From the NCBI GenBank assembly GCA_031279835.1, contig JAITHV010000011.1, positions 1 to 44,458 of the forward strand: DNA of 44,458 nt, read 5' to 3'. Below the pieces are notes generated by a model. That model was not told where the DNA came from, searched no databases, and saw nothing but the letters and a program-made list of their open reading frames with translations. The position numbers and the translations under genes are program-made. The stretch comes from Coriobacteriales bacterium (GTDB lineage Bacteria; Actinomycetota; Coriobacteriia; Coriobacteriales; UBA8131). How positions within the stretch are numbered: the first letter of the stretch is position 1; the number at the start of each line of letters is the position of its first letter. This document shows, piece by piece, positions 40,793 through 44,458 of the stretch.

Positions 40793-43495
40793 ATGAGAAT
40801 TGACAATGACCCACCACACAGAGCGCACAAGGTGCCTCTGTCGACCGTGCCGACTGCGCTTTCTGAGCCTTCTGCGCCTCCCGTGTCGCCGGTGATCCCT
40901 GAGCTATTGGCCCCCGCCGGCAACCGCGACGCGTTTTTTGCTGCCCTCGCCGCCGGTGCTGATGCCGTCTACCTCGGAACCGCGGACTTCAACGCGCGGC
41001 GCGGCGCCGACAACTTCAGGCTCGAAGACCTCCGGGGGCTTTGTGACCTGGCGCATCTCGCCGGCAGGAGGGTCTATCTCACGCTCAACACCGCAGTGCG
41101 CGACGAGGAGTTCCATGACGCGCTCGAGACTGCGCGCCAGGCCTGGATGGCGGGCGTAGACGCGGCCATAGTCCACGACCTTGGGCTTGTCTCTGCGCTG
41201 GCGCGCGTCCTGCCAGCGCTGCGGCTGCATGCCTCGACGCAGCTCAACACGCACAGCGCCGAAGGGGTGCTGGCCCTTGCCGCTCTGGGCGTCAAGCGGG
41301 TGACGCTCGCGCGCGAGCTGAGCCTTCAAGATGTTATGGCACTGAGCATGGTGGGTGTTGAGACAGAGGCTTTTGCCCATGGGGCGCTCTGTTTTTGCTA
41401 TTCAGGACAATGCCTCATGTCGTCCATGATCGGCCGCCGCTCGGCTAACCGAGGGCTGTGCGCCCAACCGTGCCGCCTGCCTTGGAAGCTCATAGACACC
41501 TCGACCGGCCGTGCCGTGAAGGCACCGGGAGACCACCTGCTCTCGGCTGCCGACCTGTGCTCCCTGCCTGTTCTGCCCGAGCTCGTGAAGTCAGGCGTCA
41601 GCTCGATCAAGATCGAAGGGCGCATGAAGTCGGCCAGCTACGTGCATACCGTGGTCAAGACCTACCGCGCGGCGCTTGACGCCCTTTGGGTACCTGATGG
41701 CGTCCACACGGGCACAAGCTGTCAAGTCGACGGCAAAGGCGCGGGAGAGGCGCCAGGCATTTCGGGGCTTAACGAGGTGTACTCCCGCGGGTTCACCACT
41801 GCATACCTCGAAGGAGAGCGTGGCAACGCCATGATGAGCTACGCGCGGCCCAACAACCGGGGGTCCGCAGTCGGGCGCGTCGGAGCGCTACATGGCAAGT
41901 TTGTGGGGATAGACCTGAGCGTGCCGTTGAACACTGGGGACGTCCTTGAGGTTTGGACGACCAAGGGCAATTGCACGATACCTGTCGAGCGGCTGTATGC
42001 CAGCGTCGCAGATGCACGCGACGACAAGGAGCTCGAGCACTTCGATGCGCCAGGGCGCGCTTATCTCTTGGCAAAGGGAGCAGTTGGGCTTGGCGACCGG
42101 GTGTTTCGCGTTCGCAACGCCAATGCAGAGAAGGCTCTTCAGGAAGTGGGAGAGAAGGCCTTGTTCGCCGGCAACTGCGGGCTTGTGCCTGTCCAGCTCG
42201 AGGTCACTGCCCGCCTCGGCGAACCGCTCAAGGTTGTTGCCCGCCTTGAGGAGGATGCTCCATGCCAACAGGGCAGTGGCGAGGGCCTCACAAGGCACGA
42301 TGCCGCCGCGCGAATGAAGGGCACCGGGGTTGGCCCGATAGTCGAGAAAGCGCGCACGAAGGCACTTGACGCGCCCGAGGTTGCCGAGCATGCCTCTCGC
42401 CTCGGCGGTACTCCCTTCTTTGCGCGAGGCTGTTCGGTAGACCTCGACGAGAATGTCGGCATGGGGTACTCTGCCCTGCATGCCGCCCGAGCGCGCGCGT
42501 TGGACGATCTCAGCGACAGCCTGCTCGAGCCATGGCATCGTCGGCGGCTCGCCTCTTGTCCCTCAAGCGACTCTCCCACTCCCGCCGCGCGCGGCCGGGT
42601 TGGCCTCGCTGTCCTTGTCCGTAACCTTGCTTGCGCCAAGGCAGCCATGCGCGGCGCTGGAAGCGCTCATGCTGTGACCCTCTACCAGCACGCCTTGTCG
42701 CTGGACGCCGCTGACGAGGAAGGCTGCCCGGCGCATGCCGACGGTCGCATCTTGACTCGTGTGCGCAGCGCTCAGGGCAAGGACACGCGCCTGTGGCTGC
42801 CGGCAGTCATGCATCAAGACGACCTAGCTGACCTGAGGGCGGGCATGGCCGATGAAGCCGGCACCGAAGCCGGCACCGAAGGCGCTGCCGAAGGCGTTGC
42901 CGTCGCAAACAGCCTGGCAGGGATCTCTCTGGCACAGCAGCTTGATTGGCACTGTGAGGCCGGGCCGTCGCTGCCTGTGTACAACTTCGAAGCGTTGGCA
43001 CTGCTCTCGCGACTCGGGGTGAGCCGTGCCTGGCTTGGCCCAGAGCTCTCCTTTGCCGACATCGAGCGACTTGCCCCTTCGTCGCCCCTTGCGCTCGGCA
43101 TATGCGTGAGCGGTTTCACCGAGCTTATGGTCAGCGAGCACTGTGTTCTCATGGCCCAAGGCGCCTGCAACAGGCGTTGCGCCGAGTGCTCTCGGCGCCG
43201 AGCTCCTCGCCTGTTGGAAGACCGAAAGGGCTACCGGTTTTCCGTGCGCACCGATGGCGCAGGGCGCAGCCACATCTACAACGCGGTAGCGCTCGACCTG
43301 CTTTCAGAGATACCGCGCCTCGCCAGCCTCGGGATCACGCGCTTTCTCGTTGACGCGACCCAACTCACCACGGCGCAGACTGAGGAGGAGGTGCGCCGGG
43401 CAGCGCGCGCAGTGAATCTCGCCGTCAGAGGCGCAGGCGCTTTGCCAAAGCGCGAGGGACTGACCACCGGACACCTGTATCGCGGCATGCTCTAG
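40793..43495 (+). CDS. Peptidase U32-family protein with DUF3656 domain (RlhA-like RNA hydroxylation protein)
   Basis: PELLAPAG, GADAVYLG, HASTQ, LARELS, HGALCFCYSGQC...NRGLCAQPCR, KIEGRMKS, C-terminal TTGHLYRG. Long (~900 aa) form; start uncertain. Confidence 0.85.
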   Translation: MRIDNDPPHRAHKVPLSTVPTALSEPSAPPVSPVIPELLAPAGNRDAFFAALAAGADAVYLGTADFNARRGADNFRLEDLRGLCDLAHLAGRRVYLTLNTAVRDEEFHDALETARQAWMAGVDAAIVHDLGLVSALARVLPALRLHASTQLNTHSAEGVLALAALGVKRVTLARELSLQDVMALSMVGVETEAFAHGALCFCYSGQCLMSSMIGRRSANRGLCAQPCRLPWKLIDTSTGRAVKAPGDHLLSAADLCSLPVLPELVKSGVSSIKIEGRMKSASYVHTVVKTYRAALDALWVPDGVHTGTSCQVDGKGAGEAPGISGLNEVYSRGFTTAYLEGERGNAMMSYARPNNRGSAVGRVGALHGKFVGIDLSVPLNTGDVLEVWTTKGNCTIPVERLYASVADARDDKELEHFDAPGRAYLLAKGAVGLGDRVFRVRNANAEKALQEVGEKALFAGNCGLVPVQLEVTARLGEPLKVVARLEEDAPCQQGSGEGLTRHDAAARMKGTGVGPIVEKARTKALDAPEVAEHASRLGGTPFFARGCSVDLDENVGMGYSALHAARARALDDLSDSLLEPWHRRRLASCPSSDSPTPAARGRVGLAVLVRNLACAKAAMRGAGSAHAVTLYQHALSLDAADEEGCPAHADGRILTRVRSAQGKDTRLWLPAVMHQDDLADLRAGMADEAGTEAGTEGAAEGVAVANSLAGISLAQQLDWHCEAGPSLPVYNFEALALLSRLGVSRAWLGPELSFADIERLAPSSPLALGICVSGFTELMVSEHCVLMAQGACNRRCAECSRRRAPRLLEDRKGYRFSVRTDGAGRSHIYNAVALDLLSEIPRLASLGITRFLVDATQLTTAQTEEEVRRAARAVNLAVRGAGALPKREGLTTGHLYRGML
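42854..42901. repeat. 12-bp coding tandem repeat x4 (EAGT EAGT EGAA EGVA)
   Basis: gaagccggcacc x2, gaaggcgctgcc, gaaggcgttgcc. Confidence 0.7.
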
Positions 43496-43712
43496 AGGCT
43501 GCTGCCGCGCGCGGGCGCGGTAGTGCTCTTTGTGCCCTGTGGCCACTCTGAGCCTTGTGCGTCCTTTAGAGCCCTGGCATCGCTGAGCAAACACCGAGCC
43601 AACATGCGACAAGCAAGAAACCAGGTGCTTATGGTACGATTGTCGTCAGCACTTCTGTGCCGTAGTATTACACATGCGGCGCGTCGTATGTGATACGCTA
43701 TTGTAGTTTTAT

Positions 43713-43788
43713 GCGCCGTTAGCTCAGCTGGTAGAGCAGGGGACTTTTAATCCCAAGGTCGCGGGTTCGATTCCCTCACGGCGCACCA
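43713..43788 (+). tRNA. tRNA-Lys (anticodon TTT)
   Basis: 76-nt cloverleaf: GCGCCGT/ACGGCGC acceptor stem, CTTTTAA anticodon loop, TTCGATT T-loop, encoded CCA. Confidence 0.95.
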
Positions 43789-43806
43789 TCTTCCTTTGCA
43801 ATGCGC

Positions 43807-43891
43807 GGGAGCGTGGCGGAATTGGCATACGCAGCGGACTTAAAATCCGTCGCCGCAAGGCTTGAGGGTACGATCCCCTCCGCTCCTACCA
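43807..43891 (+). tRNA. tRNA-Leu (anticodon TAA)
   Basis: 85-nt class II cloverleaf: GGGAGCG/CGCTCCT acceptor stem, CTTAAAA loop, variable arm gcc-gcaa-ggc, encoded CCA. T-loop is atypical (TACGATC). Confidence 0.9.
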
Positions 43892-43936
43892 GGTTTACCA
43901 GGCATTATGCGTTCTTGTGTGGGGAAACGCAGCCCA

Positions 43937-44458
43937 TCAAACGAGCAGCAGGACAAAACTGAACAGCAGTCTGAGTCCGTACAGTATGATGACAATGCCG
44001 CAAACGACGTTGATCCTACGCACGACTGCGGGCGTGAACTTGCTTGAGAAGACTGAGATAGCTGTAGAAAGCCCTAAAAACCACAGACAGGACGCTGCAA
44101 TAACGCCAAGCAGGAAGACCAGCCCTTCTCCTTCCCCCAGGCTAGCCTTTGAGGACCCGAGCAACATCGTAACGTCGATAATGGCCTGCGGGTTGAGCCA
44201 TGTGACGATAGCGGCCATAGAGACCAGTCGAGGGATGGGCACGCTCATGTTCGCGCGCTCTTGCGTGACCTCTTTGGCCCGAAGCAAGCTGACCCCTATG
44301 AGAACGACCAGCAGGCCTCCGACACCCAACACGACCATGCGGGCGATGTCCCACTGCTCAATGACCAGGCCGATGCCGAAGTACCCGGCAAGCGCCAGCG
44401 TGATGTCAAAAAAGATCACAAAGAGTGCTGTCAGGATTGCCCGCTTTCTGCGCGGGGT
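43937..44458 (-). CDS. LysE/ArgO-family amino acid exporter (3' part; 5' end beyond the right edge)
   Basis: Frame is open to the window edge; TWLNPQAIID, F..G...AS..WF and RRIN..CG motifs. Confidence 0.85.
   Translation of the reverse strand, partial: TPRRKRAILTALFVIFFDITLALAGYFGIGLVIEQWDIARMVVLGVGGLLVVLIGVSLLRAKEVTQERANMSVPIPRLVSMAAIVTWLNPQAIIDVTMLLGSSKASLGEGEGLVFLLGVIAASCLWFLGLSTAISVFSSKFTPAVVRRINVVCGIVIILYGLRLLFSFVLLLV

Noticed and set aside
43713-43936. tRNA pair as an integration site (short taccagg duplication after tRNA-Leu)
   Set aside because: The duplication is only 7 bp, there is no integrase, and no second att copy was seen in the window.

Overview
High-GC bacterial chromosome segment, most consistent with an anaerobic actinobacterium of class Coriobacteriia (Eggerthellaceae-like). 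This is an inference from gene content, gene order and protein style. Most of the window is core genome: ndk-mreBCD-pbp2-rodA-DUF697-TIGR03960 radical SAM; TPR protein, cyclophilin, mobA, PFOR (nifJ); rarA-DUF948-AI-2E-alaS-ruvX; 6S RNA; tyrS, mtaD-like deaminase, bioY; galE; PBP1A; U32/RlhA-like protein; tRNA-Lys and tRNA-Leu; a partial LysE/ArgO gene. Between nifJ and ruvX lies an accessory block (15359-23897) with two parts. (i) A two-gene nitrogenase-like reductase: a NifH domain fused through a long Pro/Ala linker to a NifD/BchN-like domain, plus a NifK/BchB-like partner. Its Cys pattern (3+1, no FeMo-co Cys in the D-like chain) points to a DPOR/COR-type [4Fe-4S] reductase of unknown substrate, not N2 fixation. 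(ii) A cyclic-dinucleotide-degrading cluster: a PTS EIIC-EAL fusion divergent from two tandem REC-HD-GYP paralogues. Other observations: a structured ~170-nt PFOR leader with a box C/D-like kink-turn, a 49-aa CxxC microprotein missing from the ORF track, a tRNA-Leu(UAA) with a non-canonical T-loop, and several in-frame tandem repeats. No mobile elements or CRISPR arrays were seen.
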